From Candidatus Krakonobacterium acarorum (lineage in GTDB: Bacteria; Bacteroidota; Bacteroidia; SolTP2): 64,000 nucleotides of DNA. The first letter of the stretch is position 1, and the number at the start of each line of letters is the position of its first letter. The stretch lies in NCBI GenBank assembly GCA_050311575.1, contig JBNOKO010000001.1, forward strand, positions 1,219,099 through 1,283,098, given 5' to 3'. Under the pieces are notes generated by a model. The model searched no databases, had not been told where the DNA came from, and saw only the letters and a program-made list of their open reading frames with translations. Shown here piece by piece: positions 1 through 11,988 of this stretch. The position numbers and the translations under genes were made by a program.

Positions 1-253
1 TTGATGGCTTTTTCAAAAACATGTAGCCTATTATTTCTTTAGCTGGTATTTCTTGAATCTGCTTAAATACAATTTTAGCCAAAAAGGCTTGATAGGTTGT
101 AATGGATATATGATTTTTTAAATGTATGTATTAAAAAAATGCGATAATAAATTAATTGGTATTGAGAAAAGTTATAATTAACAACCATCCATTTGTAATA
201 TGAATGTTTCTAGGAAAATAAAAATTAACCATTTAATTTTCCAAAAGTTTAAA

Positions 254-340
254 TGGTGCCCAGGACAAGACTCGAACTTGCACGATTTTTCAACCACTAC
301 CCCCTCAAAGTAGCGCGTATACCAATTTCGCCACCTGGGC
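254..340 (-). tRNA. tRNA-Leu (anticodon GAG), encoded CCA
   Basis: Reverse complement GCCCAGGTGGCGAAATTGGTATACGCG-CTACT TT GAG GG GGTAG-long variable arm-GTTCGAGTC-CCTGGGCACCA folds as a class II tRNA. Confidence 0.95.
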
Positions 341-441
341 AAAAATCAAAAACTATTCGCAATTTAATAAACAAAGGATTAACTTTATAGATTAAATAAT
401 TTAAAAAACAATAAAAATAAGATATTACAGTCTTTTAAAAT

Positions 442-1323
442 ATGAATAGCTCAAGAATATTAAATAAGGATTCAAAAATATTAGTACAGGGATTTACTGG
501 TAAAGAAGGAACTTTCCATGCTGAACAAATGATAGCTTATGGCAGCAAAGTAGTTGGCGGTGTAACGCCTGGAAAAGGTGGCAGTACCCACTTAAATCTT
601 CCTGTTTTTAATACTATGGAAGAAGCTGTTAAAGCAACAAAAGCTGATGTTTCTGTTATTTTCGTTCCTCCTTTTGCGGCGGCAGACTCTATAATGGAGG
701 CAGCTGACGCTGAAATAAAATTAATAGTGTGTATTACTGAAGGTATCCCTACAGACGATATGATAAAAGTTAAAGCATATCTTAAGAACAAACCTCAAAG
801 CAGATTAATAGGCCCTAATTGTCCTGGTATTATTACAGCTGATGAATCAAAAGTAGGTATTATGCCAGGGTCAATATTTAAAAAAGGGAATGTAGGTATA
901 GTATCCAGATCCGGGACCCTTACTTATGAAGCAGTAGATCAAATAACTAAAGAAGGCTTAGGCCAAAGCATAGCTATAGGTATAGGAGGAGATCCTATTA
1001 TTGGAACAACTACAAAAGAGGCTGTAGAAATATTAGCTAATGATCCTGAAACAAAGGCTATAATAGTTATAGGTGAAATCGGCGGCCAAATGGAAGTTGA
1101 AGCAGCCAGATGGATAAAAGATAATTATAAAAAACCAGTGGTAGGTTTTATTGCCGGGCAAACAGCGCCTGCAGGACGGAGAATGGGACATGCCGGAGCC
1201 ATCATAGGTGGTGCTGACGATACAGCAGCAGCAAAAATGAAGATCATGCAAGAATGCGGTATAACTGTTGTAGAGTCTCCAGCTGATATAGGCAAAACTA
1301 TGGCATCTCTATTAAAAAAATAA
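442..1323 (+). CDS. sucD: Succinate-CoA ligase alpha subunit
   Basis: [17 protein letters not shown] and RMGHAGA (phospho-His) motifs. Confidence 0.97.
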   Translation: MNSSRILNKDSKILVQGFTGKEGTFHAEQMIAYGSKVVGGVTPGKGGSTHLNLPVFNTMEEAVKATKADVSVIFVPPFAAADSIMEAADAEIKLIVCITEGIPTDDMIKVKAYLKNKPQSRLIGPNCPGIITADESKVGIMPGSIFKKGNVGIVSRSGTLTYEAVDQITKEGLGQSIAIGIGGDPIIGTTTKEAVEILANDPETKAIIVIGEIGGQMEVEAARWIKDNYKKPVVGFIAGQTAPAGRRMGHAGAIIGGADDTAAAKMKIMQECGITVVESPADIGKTMASLLKK

Positions 1324-1442
1324 AAACATAACCTATTTATGCTAACCTTTATATTATACTTGTATACTTCAATGTATATTAAAAAACAAGCAAAAAAAAT
1401 GTATTCATCTATGGATAATGTAGACTAGCATTTTATATTTTA

Positions 1443-2009
1443 ATGAAAAAAATAGTAGTAGCTATAACCGGAGCTTCAGGAGTAATTTATGCTAAATTAC
1501 TATTAAACCAGTTACTTAGTATAAGAGAGCAAATTGAATCTATAGGTATAATATTATCGGAGAATGCGAAAATAGTGTTAAAACAAGAAAATATTAACAT
1601 TGATGACATACTTAAGGATACAAAAGTAAAACTATACGCTAACAACGATTACTATGCTCCTTTTGCTTCGGGTTCTTCTAAAAATTGGCATATGGCTATA
1701 GTGCCTTCAACTATGGGCACTTTAGCTAAAATAGCTGCAGGCATATCGACAGATCTAATAACCAGAGCTGCAGATGTAATGCTTAAAGAAAAACGACGCC
1801 TAATATTAGTTCCAAGAGAAATGCCATTTAATCTTATTCAACTGCGGAATATGGTTTCAATAACTGAATCTGGCGGTATCATTTCAGTAGCATGTCCTTC
1901 ATTTTATAATACTAATAATAAAACTATTGATGATTTAGCTTTAACCGTTAGTACTAAAGTTATAGATTTACTAGGATTAGACATAAAGCATTATAGATGG
2001 CAGGAATAA
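1443..2009 (+). CDS. ubiX: Flavin prenyltransferase UbiX family
   Basis: ITGASG, FASGS, MGTLAKIAAG, RAADVMLKE, VPREMP motifs. Confidence 0.93.
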   Translation: MKKIVVAITGASGVIYAKLLLNQLLSIREQIESIGIILSENAKIVLKQENINIDDILKDTKVKLYANNDYYAPFASGSSKNWHMAIVPSTMGTLAKIAAGISTDLITRAADVMLKEKRRLILVPREMPFNLIQLRNMVSITESGGIISVACPSFYNTNNKTIDDLALTVSTKVIDLLGLDIKHYRWQE

Positions 2010-2102
2010 TATATTAAATATAAAATTTTCATTCGTATCCATTTATAATAAATTTATTAACTTAGTCCCACTTACTTGTATAAATATATAATGATGACAC
2101 CG

Positions 2103-3110
2103 ATGAAAAAAATTGCCCATATATTTATCTACATACTAGCATGCTTAAGTATACCTATTATTTCGGTTAAGGCTCAACACCCAAAAACATATACTATCAA
2201 ACAGGGCGATACATATTATTCTATAGCAAGAGCATTAAAAATAGATCCAAACAAATTAATAGAAACTAATAAATCTAAAGCTCTCTTTCCAGGAGGTATT
2301 TTAGAGATACCCTCAGCATCCTTGAAAGAAGATGTATTGATTACACACACTGTAAAAAGCAAGGAAACTTTATTTAAAATCGCAAAAAGTTATAATACTA
2401 CAATAGGAGATATAAAGGATATTAATCATATACCGAATAACACAATTAAAGTCGGCCAAGTGTTAAAAATCAAGTATGGTTCAGCTTCAAATAATAGAGC
2501 CCAAAATATAAATGATAAAGAGGCAGTTAGTAATATAGATAATACCCATGGTAATGATATAACTAAGACTAATGTTCAAGATACTATTAACATTCAACGA
2601 AATATTACTACCATAAAAACGGATACTAATACCATTAAACTGGCAAATATAAGGGATCAAAATTCTGTTTTACAACATACTCCTAGTAATACTGATAACA
2701 GAAATAAAAACGATGCAAATACATCAGATATAGCTAAATCTACAACTAATAATTTGGGTAAAAATTCAAACAAAATAACTGATGCATCTGGTTTGAATAA
2801 TCCTTATAAACCTCAAAATAATAGTAGTTCGAAGGGTATAGTGCAACAACAAGGTGTTGGAACCTGGCTAAAGGATGAAGATCTAAATTTTTCCAAAAGC
2901 GTAGCTTTACACAATCAAGCTCCTATAGGAACTATTGTTAAAGTTACTAATCCAATGAATAGACGCTCTATTTATGCAAAGATCATCGGAAAATTTACTG
3001 AAAATGATAGTAATAAAGGTGCTATAATAATTATCTCACAATCAGCAGCGACGTTATTAGGTGTACTCGACAACCGCTTTAGGATTAATATAGAATATAC
3101 AGGCAATTAA
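2103..3110 (+). CDS. LysM peptidoglycan-binding protein with C-terminal RlpA-like (DPBB) domain
   Basis: Signal peptide MKKIAH..VKA; two LysM repeats (YTIKQGDTYYSIA, HTVKSKETLFKIA); C-terminal ALHNQAPIGTIVKVTNP. Start uncertain (2076/2091/2103). Confidence 0.85.
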   Translation: MKKIAHIFIYILACLSIPIISVKAQHPKTYTIKQGDTYYSIARALKIDPNKLIETNKSKALFPGGILEIPSASLKEDVLITHTVKSKETLFKIAKSYNTTIGDIKDINHIPNNTIKVGQVLKIKYGSASNNRAQNINDKEAVSNIDNTHGNDITKTNVQDTINIQRNITTIKTDTNTIKLANIRDQNSVLQHTPSNTDNRNKNDANTSDIAKSTTNNLGKNSNKITDASGLNNPYKPQNNSSSKGIVQQQGVGTWLKDEDLNFSKSVALHNQAPIGTIVKVTNPMNRRSIYAKIIGKFTENDSNKGAIIIISQSAATLLGVLDNRFRINIEYTGN

Positions 3111-3114
3111 ATTT

Positions 3115-3852
3115 TTATTGAAATTGTTTAACCAAAGACAAGAACATTTCCAGAGATTCTTTTCGTTCTTTTGTTAAATCATACTGTATGTTTTTATATA
3201 GATACTCCTTTACATCTATATTTGAATATTTATTTTGTACAACGCTGATACACTCATTCTTATTCTCTATACCGTATGCTAGAGCTTTGTTTAAGATTTT
3301 TTCGTGCTGCTCAGGTATCTGCTTATTTGCTAGCCATACTGCAAAAACAAAAGGTTTCCCTGTTAGTTTTTGCCACTCTTGTGATAGATCGTACTTATAG
3401 GGTAATTTTTCGCTAACAGTAAAGTTTTTATCGCCTATTAAAACTTTAGCATCGTAGCAACTAGTCGTCTGCTCACTAATATATTCTATTTCTAGTTTGT
3501 TTTTTGAAGACAATATTATTTTAGCTAGCATATTAGATGTCCGCGATTCATTATCAAATAACAAACTTTGAATCTTATCTATAGGCTTTTTACTATGTAT
3601 ATATACAGATTTAACTTCACCATTTGATCCTATACAATAGTCGCCTATTATCCTATAATAAGGCATACTTAACAACGTAACAACTGACACTAAGGCTACA
3701 TCTACTGTATTTGATAATAGCTTGTCCGAGCACCCGCTAGGTGTATCTTCAAGAATATCAAAATAATCATCTATATTTTTATCATTCTTTAAACCATATA
3801 CAAATGGTAACGAATTAGTATAATTGATTACTGCTAGTTTAAGTTTAGACAT
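3115..3852 (-). CDS. mqnA: Chorismate dehydratase, futalosine menaquinone pathway (MqnA/MqnD family)
   Basis: INYTNSLPF, CIGSNGEVKSV, SRTS, LIGD, DLSQEW, PFVFAVW motifs. Confidence 0.88.
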   Translation of the reverse strand: MSKLKLAVINYTNSLPFVYGLKNDKNIDDYFDILEDTPSGCSDKLLSNTVDVALVSVVTLLSMPYYRIIGDYCIGSNGEVKSVYIHSKKPIDKIQSLLFDNESRTSNMLAKIILSSKNKLEIEYISEQTTSCYDAKVLIGDKNFTVSEKLPYKYDLSQEWQKLTGKPFVFAVWLANKQIPEQHEKILNKALAYGIENKNECISVVQNKYSNIDVKEYLYKNIQYDLTKERKESLEMFLSLVKQFQ

Positions 3853-4238
3853 ATTGACTATTCGTTGATATTAAAAATTTGTATCAATTTAAGTATTTTA
3901 TCTGTCAGTTTAATGCACATTAAACCTAAGTATAAAGCTACAAATAATTAATATTTACAGTCTTTAATACATATATACTTTAGCGCCACCAACATAATGT
4001 ATAATTGTATACTATAAAATACTAATATACTCATCTATAATAAATTTCTTATGTATATAGTATTTTAACTTACGATTGCCTGTTTTATTTTAATTTTCAA
4101 AATCTATATTAGATAATGGTTGGCTATAATTATAGAATTTTGTGGGCTTATAGTAGAGATTAGGAGATTTTATCTATTAAATATTTTGTAGTAAAAAACG
4201 TGGTATCTACTCAGAACTTTATTCAATATTTTGATTAA

Positions 4239-4745
4239 CTACCTGCTAATTACATTGTAGCCATATGATTTTAACTTTTCGTATAAATCATGTTTATTTG
4301 TATCCATAGTTAGCGTTATTGTTTTGTCTGAATTATCAGTTTCAAGGGATATAATAGTAGTTCCTTTAAGGATAAAATCTGTGCGGCTATCAATTCCTAT
4401 ATGGACATGCGATATATCTCGATCATAGATAGTAATTGTTTTTATATTATTTTTTTCTATAGTAGTGTATTCATTTTGTATAGGATAAAGCCTATATTTT
4501 ATAGAAACATTATCGACATTAACTGTTAATTCTAGCATATTAACAAAAATAAAAATGGCTATACCTATAACTGTAAATACTAATAAAGAGACACTATATT
4601 TATTAATAGTTAAGCCATTCTTAACTACTTTATTTATCCACTTATATATAAAATATATTATTAAAATAGCTAATATAATTTGTACTAATGCACTCAAAGT
4701 ATTATATAGCGACCACCAGATACCAAATTTTGATTTAGAAATCAT
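4239..4745 (-). CDS. Hypothetical membrane protein (two TM helices plus a small soluble domain)
   Basis: 168-aa ORF with two hydrophobic segments; ATG lies 20 nt after the read-through end of the upstream SdpC-like frame. Confidence 0.6.
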   Translation of the reverse strand: MISKSKFGIWWSLYNTLSALVQIILAILIIYFIYKWINKVVKNGLTINKYSVSLLVFTVIGIAIFIFVNMLELTVNVDNVSIKYRLYPIQNEYTTIEKNNIKTITIYDRDISHVHIGIDSRTDFILKGTTIISLETDNSDKTITLTMDTNKHDLYEKLKSYGYNVISR

Positions 4746-4765
4746 TATAAATAAACTTTAAATTA

Positions 4766-5485
4766 TTAATAATTTTTAGATATAGATACAACCACTTTTT
4801 CAAAAAAGATATTATTTTGATCATTAAAAAAACCAGGAGATTGTCTTAGTAAAAATGTGTTAACTGCAGCTACAAAATCTACTGCTATTACTACATGCAT
4901 AAATATGCCGGCTACTTTGTTTATTAAAAAACCTCTACCTTGTTCATTAGAATCGATATTAGAGATTTATAAATAACTTGCCAAATCATTTATAAATCTA
5001 TCTTGGCCATCTTTAGAATTAATATTATAATTTTCTGCGTTTTGTTTAGCAAATTTTTCTATAGATTTTAATAGGCCTCCATACTTATTAGATAATCTTA
5101 ATGTATTTATAAGTGCATTACGGCCTTCATTAAGAGTTTGCTTTATCGCATATAATTGTTTTGAATATACTGCTTCCTGTAATTTACCAAAGTAATCCGG
5201 ATAATTATTTTTTATTTCCTGGATAATATAATCATTAAAAATTTTCCTTGCTCGTAATTCTTTAGGTGTTAGCTTGCTTAATTCTTCTACAACTTGGACG
5301 TACTCCGGTATTTTTTTATCTATATTTTTGCCCTCTATTAAAACTATTTGCTGAAACAATGCTTCACCTGTTAACTTTTGGGCGTTTAAAGTTTTTAATT
5401 CTTGTCTATTACATGACAATAACACACATATATATATCAGGAATAATATAGTAAAGCGAATACGTTTTATTAAGCACACATTCAT
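4766..5485 (-). pseudogene. SdpC-like antimicrobial peptide precursor lipoprotein, interrupted by an in-frame TAA at 4967-4969
   Basis: Lipobox LLSC; TGEALFQQIVLIEG resembles the SdpC-family N-region; the frame continues past the stop as ISNIDSNEQGRGFLINKVAGIFMHVVIAVDFVAAVNTFLL...EKVVVSISKNY* to 4766. Confidence 0.6.
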
Positions 5486-5505
5486 ATTGATATGTTTTAT
5501 TAAAT

Positions 5506-5567
5506 AATAGATGTACTAATTTAGTTATTATTTTGATCAAAACAACAACTAAATTAGTACATCTATT
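5506..5567. repeat. Near-perfect 62-bp palindrome / long hairpin
   Basis: aatagatgtactaatttagtt ... aactaaattagtacatctatt (21-bp perfect arms, centre also largely self-complementary). Confidence 0.85.
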
Positions 5568-5986
5568 GGGATTTATTTAGTTTAATACATTACATTAATA
5601 ACCATATCATTTTTTAATTAAAATTTAATATTTATGTCTTTTAATATAGTGTCACAAAACAACGTTTAATTGCGATACTGCGCTTATTTTTAAGGGCATA
5701 TTTTCATAAATTCATTTATGAAGCTTTTAACAACCAGGGGTAAGTTATAATCTCTACCAGATGGAAAAGTGACCCATGCTGGCACATGACATCCCTCAGT
5801 TTGTATATTTAGGTCGCGGGCCTATATTAACCTTGAACAAATGGGAAGCAGTGCCTGGGTTGTAAGTGGTATACTCCCATCAATTTTGTAAGCTTTAAGT
5901 GCTTAAAGGTTTCCGAGCCAGTAGAGATTATGGCATAACAGCAGTTAAAACGACAGGTGCGTCATAATTTAAAAAATTAAAGATAT

Positions 5987-6655
5987 TTAGAACCTTTCTA
6001 TAGTCCATATGGCGGTCGTACCCGACTTAACACAATAGCTATCAAAGTTTCCATGCTCTTTGAAATATTTTTCCTCTTCAGAATTTTTGTACAATCTTTT
6101 TCCTATAGCAAATGTGCCGCGTCCACTGGATCTCAACTCTAGCATGTGACCACTATATCTGTTTACCATTACGCCTTGAAAATGCTCTATTACCCCTTGA
6201 GAGTTAAATTTTTTTGGACCTATCAAATCCCATTCTTGATTGGAATCGCCATTGACCACCCATATAACTGCATTCATTGATCCGTCATTCATATAGTTTC
6301 TCCAATCAAGATCCAATGCTCGTTGTCTTTCCCAAAAACCCTTGTTTTGAGACCAAAATTTAACAAACCCATTATTAAGATATTCCATTGTCCAGGCAAG
6401 ATCCGGGTTATTATAGTAAACCTCATTAACCCATACCCTTGCCATATTATCATTACTCGACGGGAAAATATAATTATGTTTACCGTTTACCGCTCTACGA
6501 TTACAATTATCAATGAAGTAGTTTTTAAATGTAGGATAACTGCTAGCAAGCGATTTATTTTCATTCTGAGAGTTTGCAGTGGTTAATGGTTTTTCTTTAC
6601 TACAACTTATTACAATGGTTAAAAATAGTATAGTTAATAGTAGTAACTTTTTCAC
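5987..6655 (-). CDS. Secreted lipoprotein with ricin-B-lectin-like (QxW) region
   Basis: Likely GTG start giving VKKLLLLTILFLTIVISC lipobox; ALDLDWRN...VIWVVNGDSNQEW; paralogous to 39108-39719 and 39869-40573. Confidence 0.65.
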   Translation of the reverse strand: MKKLLLLTILFLTIVISCSKEKPLTTANSQNENKSLASSYPTFKNYFIDNCNRRAVNGKHNYIFPSSNDNMARVWVNEVYYNNPDLAWTMEYLNNGFVKFWSQNKGFWERQRALDLDWRNYMNDGSMNAVIWVVNGDSNQEWDLIGPKKFNSQGVIEHFQGVMVNRYSGHMLELRSSGRGTFAIGKRLYKNSEEEKYFKEHGNFDSYCVKSGTTAIWTIERF

Positions 6656-6960
6656 AACATATATGTTTTTGTTGATTAATAATATAAGCAAAAATATTAC
6701 TATTTGGTTAAAAATAAAACAACCGGAATACTTTTTGTATGTATAGGCTTCCGGTTCATGCTTAAAGCGTGTTTCAACATTGTTCGTAATATTATTAATA
6801 TAATTATACATGTATTTATGCTAGTACGGTATAGTTTTGTTTGCTTTTAACTTATAAGCCCTCCTAACTTGTTAGTAAAGCTCGAAGAGTTCCAAGTTGT
6901 AATATGATATCGCCTCCTACTTTTAGGATTTAGGCCGTATTCTGCGCTAGACGGGCGCAA

Positions 6961-7320
6961 CTAAGAGCAGATTTGCCCAAAGGAGATACTTTTTCCATTA
7001 TCTGGTTTTACAGGCTTTAAGTCCTTAAATACTTTTTTATCTGCTCTAAATCGATCTTGTAATTGTAGTAATGTAATACGTTTTGGCCCCAACTCCGATA
7101 ACTTCTTTTAAGCATCTGGTTTTACCTTATGGGACTCTTGAATCTGCTTGTTTTGCATCATAACCGACACCATTACAAACGGGCTTAATTTGTTAGTGAT
7201 TGCTGCAGCATCTACTGCTGAGACATTCTGATTCAATCTATCCCCTAAGACAGAGCTCGTTTCCTCGGTTATGTTTTTATGAATTTGGTTTTCGTGGTTT
7301 TTGATCCAATCAATCACCCG
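6961..7320 (-). pseudogene. Degraded ORF remnant, unknown product
   Basis: The 69-aa ORF 7108-7317 continues in frame past TAA (KKLSELGPKRITLLQLQDRFRADKK...) to TAG at 6961; GC higher than flanking spacers. Confidence 0.45.
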
Positions 7321-7986
7321 GGCCCTCTATAAGATCGCTAAATACCATAGATAAAAACTATCGTATTGCATACATAAGATATAGAAAAGCAATACAGACA
7401 TACAATAAGAGAACCATTAACATTAATAAACATATGAAAATACAAGCCAACTAAATTACATTTCCATGCCCATACTTTCTAGATGTTTAAGGGCGGCATT
7501 TAATTATTTTATTATAGAGTGTTATTTATTGCCGGAACAAACCTTAAGTAAATTGACAGATAACTTTAGCCATACACTTTTATAAAAAAAGGCAATCACA
7601 ACAATTAAAGAATATACAACAAGCGATAAGATTCTGAATAATCAATAACGCAAATATAAAAAGAGGAATATATTAAAGGTAGACATTAATAATAGAAAAA
7701 TACCGGAACCGGTATCCTAAAGAAAATAAGATTAACTTATAATTTTATGGAGTATAGAAAATATACCTACAGAACAAAATTAGCGTACAAACATCTAGAC
7801 TTATTATCTACACCAAAATAACACTATCATAGATTAGGTGTGGACCTTAAAATGTAATATAGGATTAGCTATCAATGTATTTCTAAATCAAGCGTAGAAA
7901 AGGAAAATAAAAATTGGAAAGGGAATATAAAAAGATAAGCGAATAGCTAAAGGAAGTCTGTTAGGATCTAAAGAAAAAAATAAAAA

Positions 7987-8098
7987 AGGCGCCAGCCTAC
8001 TCTCCCACGTATAACCGCAGTACCATAGGCATAGCAAGGCTTAACTTCTTTGTTCGGAATGGAAAAAGGTGTGTCCCTTGCCCATAAGGCACCATATT
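7987..8098 (-). rRNA. rrf: 5S rRNA
   Basis: Reverse complement contains CCATTCCGAAC..GAAGTTAAGCC..GGTACTGC..GTGGGAGAGTAGG; ends approximate. Confidence 0.93.
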
Positions 8099-8147
8099 TT
8101 AAATAAAATTAGACATTGTAACAAGAGAAAGAATAAGAAGAAATTAT

Positions 8148-11045
<2,898 letters not shown>

Positions 11046-11084
11046 TATGAAATTGGGTATCTTCTTACCCCTTCTCTTATTATA

Positions 11085-11096
11085 TGTCAATGATCG
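11085..11096 (-). promoter_or_regulatory. boxA-like antitermination element upstream of 23S
   Basis: GATCATTGACA on the minus strand, similar to GTTCATTAACA in the 16S leader. Confidence 0.55.
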
Positions 11097-11187
11097 CAGT
11101 TTAACTTTTGTTAAACCTATTTTTTATTACACTTTTATCGTATTCGATTTGTGTATTTTTTGTTCCTCTTTTAATGTTTCGAGATTG

Positions 11188-11260
11188 CGAAGTTATGTAT
11201 TTTTCTTTAATTTTTAAAGCTTTTTGCTTTTTTTCTCATTATTTTTTCTTTTTTTCTTTT
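11188..11260 (-). promoter_or_regulatory. Candidate Bacteroidota housekeeping promoter for 23S-5S
   Basis: Minus strand: A-tract, TTTA (11218-11215), 19-nt spacer, TAACTTCG-CA (11195-11188); same layout as the 16S promoter. Confidence 0.5.
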
Positions 11261-11697
11261 CGACCCTTCCGAGACTATTTCTAAGCCTTTTTTTAACCGT
11301 CTTTTTCTACTGGTTTTGTTTAGAAGTGTCTGTTTTTTTAAGGAGTTTTTTGTTGGGATGGTTGGAAGGGTTGCTGCTTGGCAGGGTAGAGCCTTTATCG
11401 TCTTTTTTGTTTTTAATGGAATTTGTGTGTGATGTCGTTTGTGGTATTTATAAGTTGGATTATGAATTTTCGAGTGTGCTGGTTGAAGTTGTGGTTTGTA
11501 GAGTGTAGAGGTGTTTTATTGAGTTTTGATTGTCATGTGATGTTTGCAAGGTGTGTTTTTTGTAGCCAGAGCGGTAGGTTCCTGGATTTTAGGTTTGACG
11601 TTATGATTTTTTTCTAGTTTTTATGTATTGGATCCTGTAGTTGTTATAGATGTTGGTTTGGAGAGTTTAAGGTGTTGTTATAGGTTTTTGGTTTTTG

Positions 11698-11771
11698 TGG
11701 AGAATATCGGATTCGAACCGATGACCTCCTGCTTGCAAAACAGGCGCTCTAGCCAACTGAGCTAATCCCCC
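11698..11771 (-). tRNA. tRNA-Ala (TGC)
   Basis: GGGGGATTAGCTCAGTTGGCTAGAGCGCCTG TTT TGC AA GCAGG...TTCGAATCC...TTCTCCA; G3:U70 identity pair. Confidence 0.97.
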
Positions 11772-11798
11772 TTATATTTTCGCCCTTGGGCAATTATG

Positions 11799-11872
11799 TA
11801 GTCCTGAGCAGATTTGAACTGCTGACCCCTACATTATCAGTGTAGTGCTCTAACCAACTGAGCTACAGGACT
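11799..11872 (-). tRNA. tRNA-Ile (GAT)
   Basis: AGTCCTGTAGCTCAGTTGGTTAGAGCACTACA CT GAT AA TGTAG...TTCAAATC...CAGGACTA. Confidence 0.97.
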
Positions 11873-11988
11873 GTTGTCCTTTTGAGTTATTAAATAAATT
11901 AGGTTATATTAAGCATTAAGATAAGGCAGTAAAAACATAAATTGATATGTATCAAGTTACTATTACTTTCTCGAATTAATTGAATATT

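Noticed and set aside
4967-4969. Stop-codon reassignment as the explanation for in-frame stops
   Set aside because: TAA and TAG end conserved genes at the expected positions and Trp is read normally; the remnants also contain frameshifts
6656-6811. N-terminal 52 aa of ORF 5987-6811
   Set aside because: Precedes a clear lipoprotein signal starting at GTG 6655; probably untranslated or part of the upstream remnant
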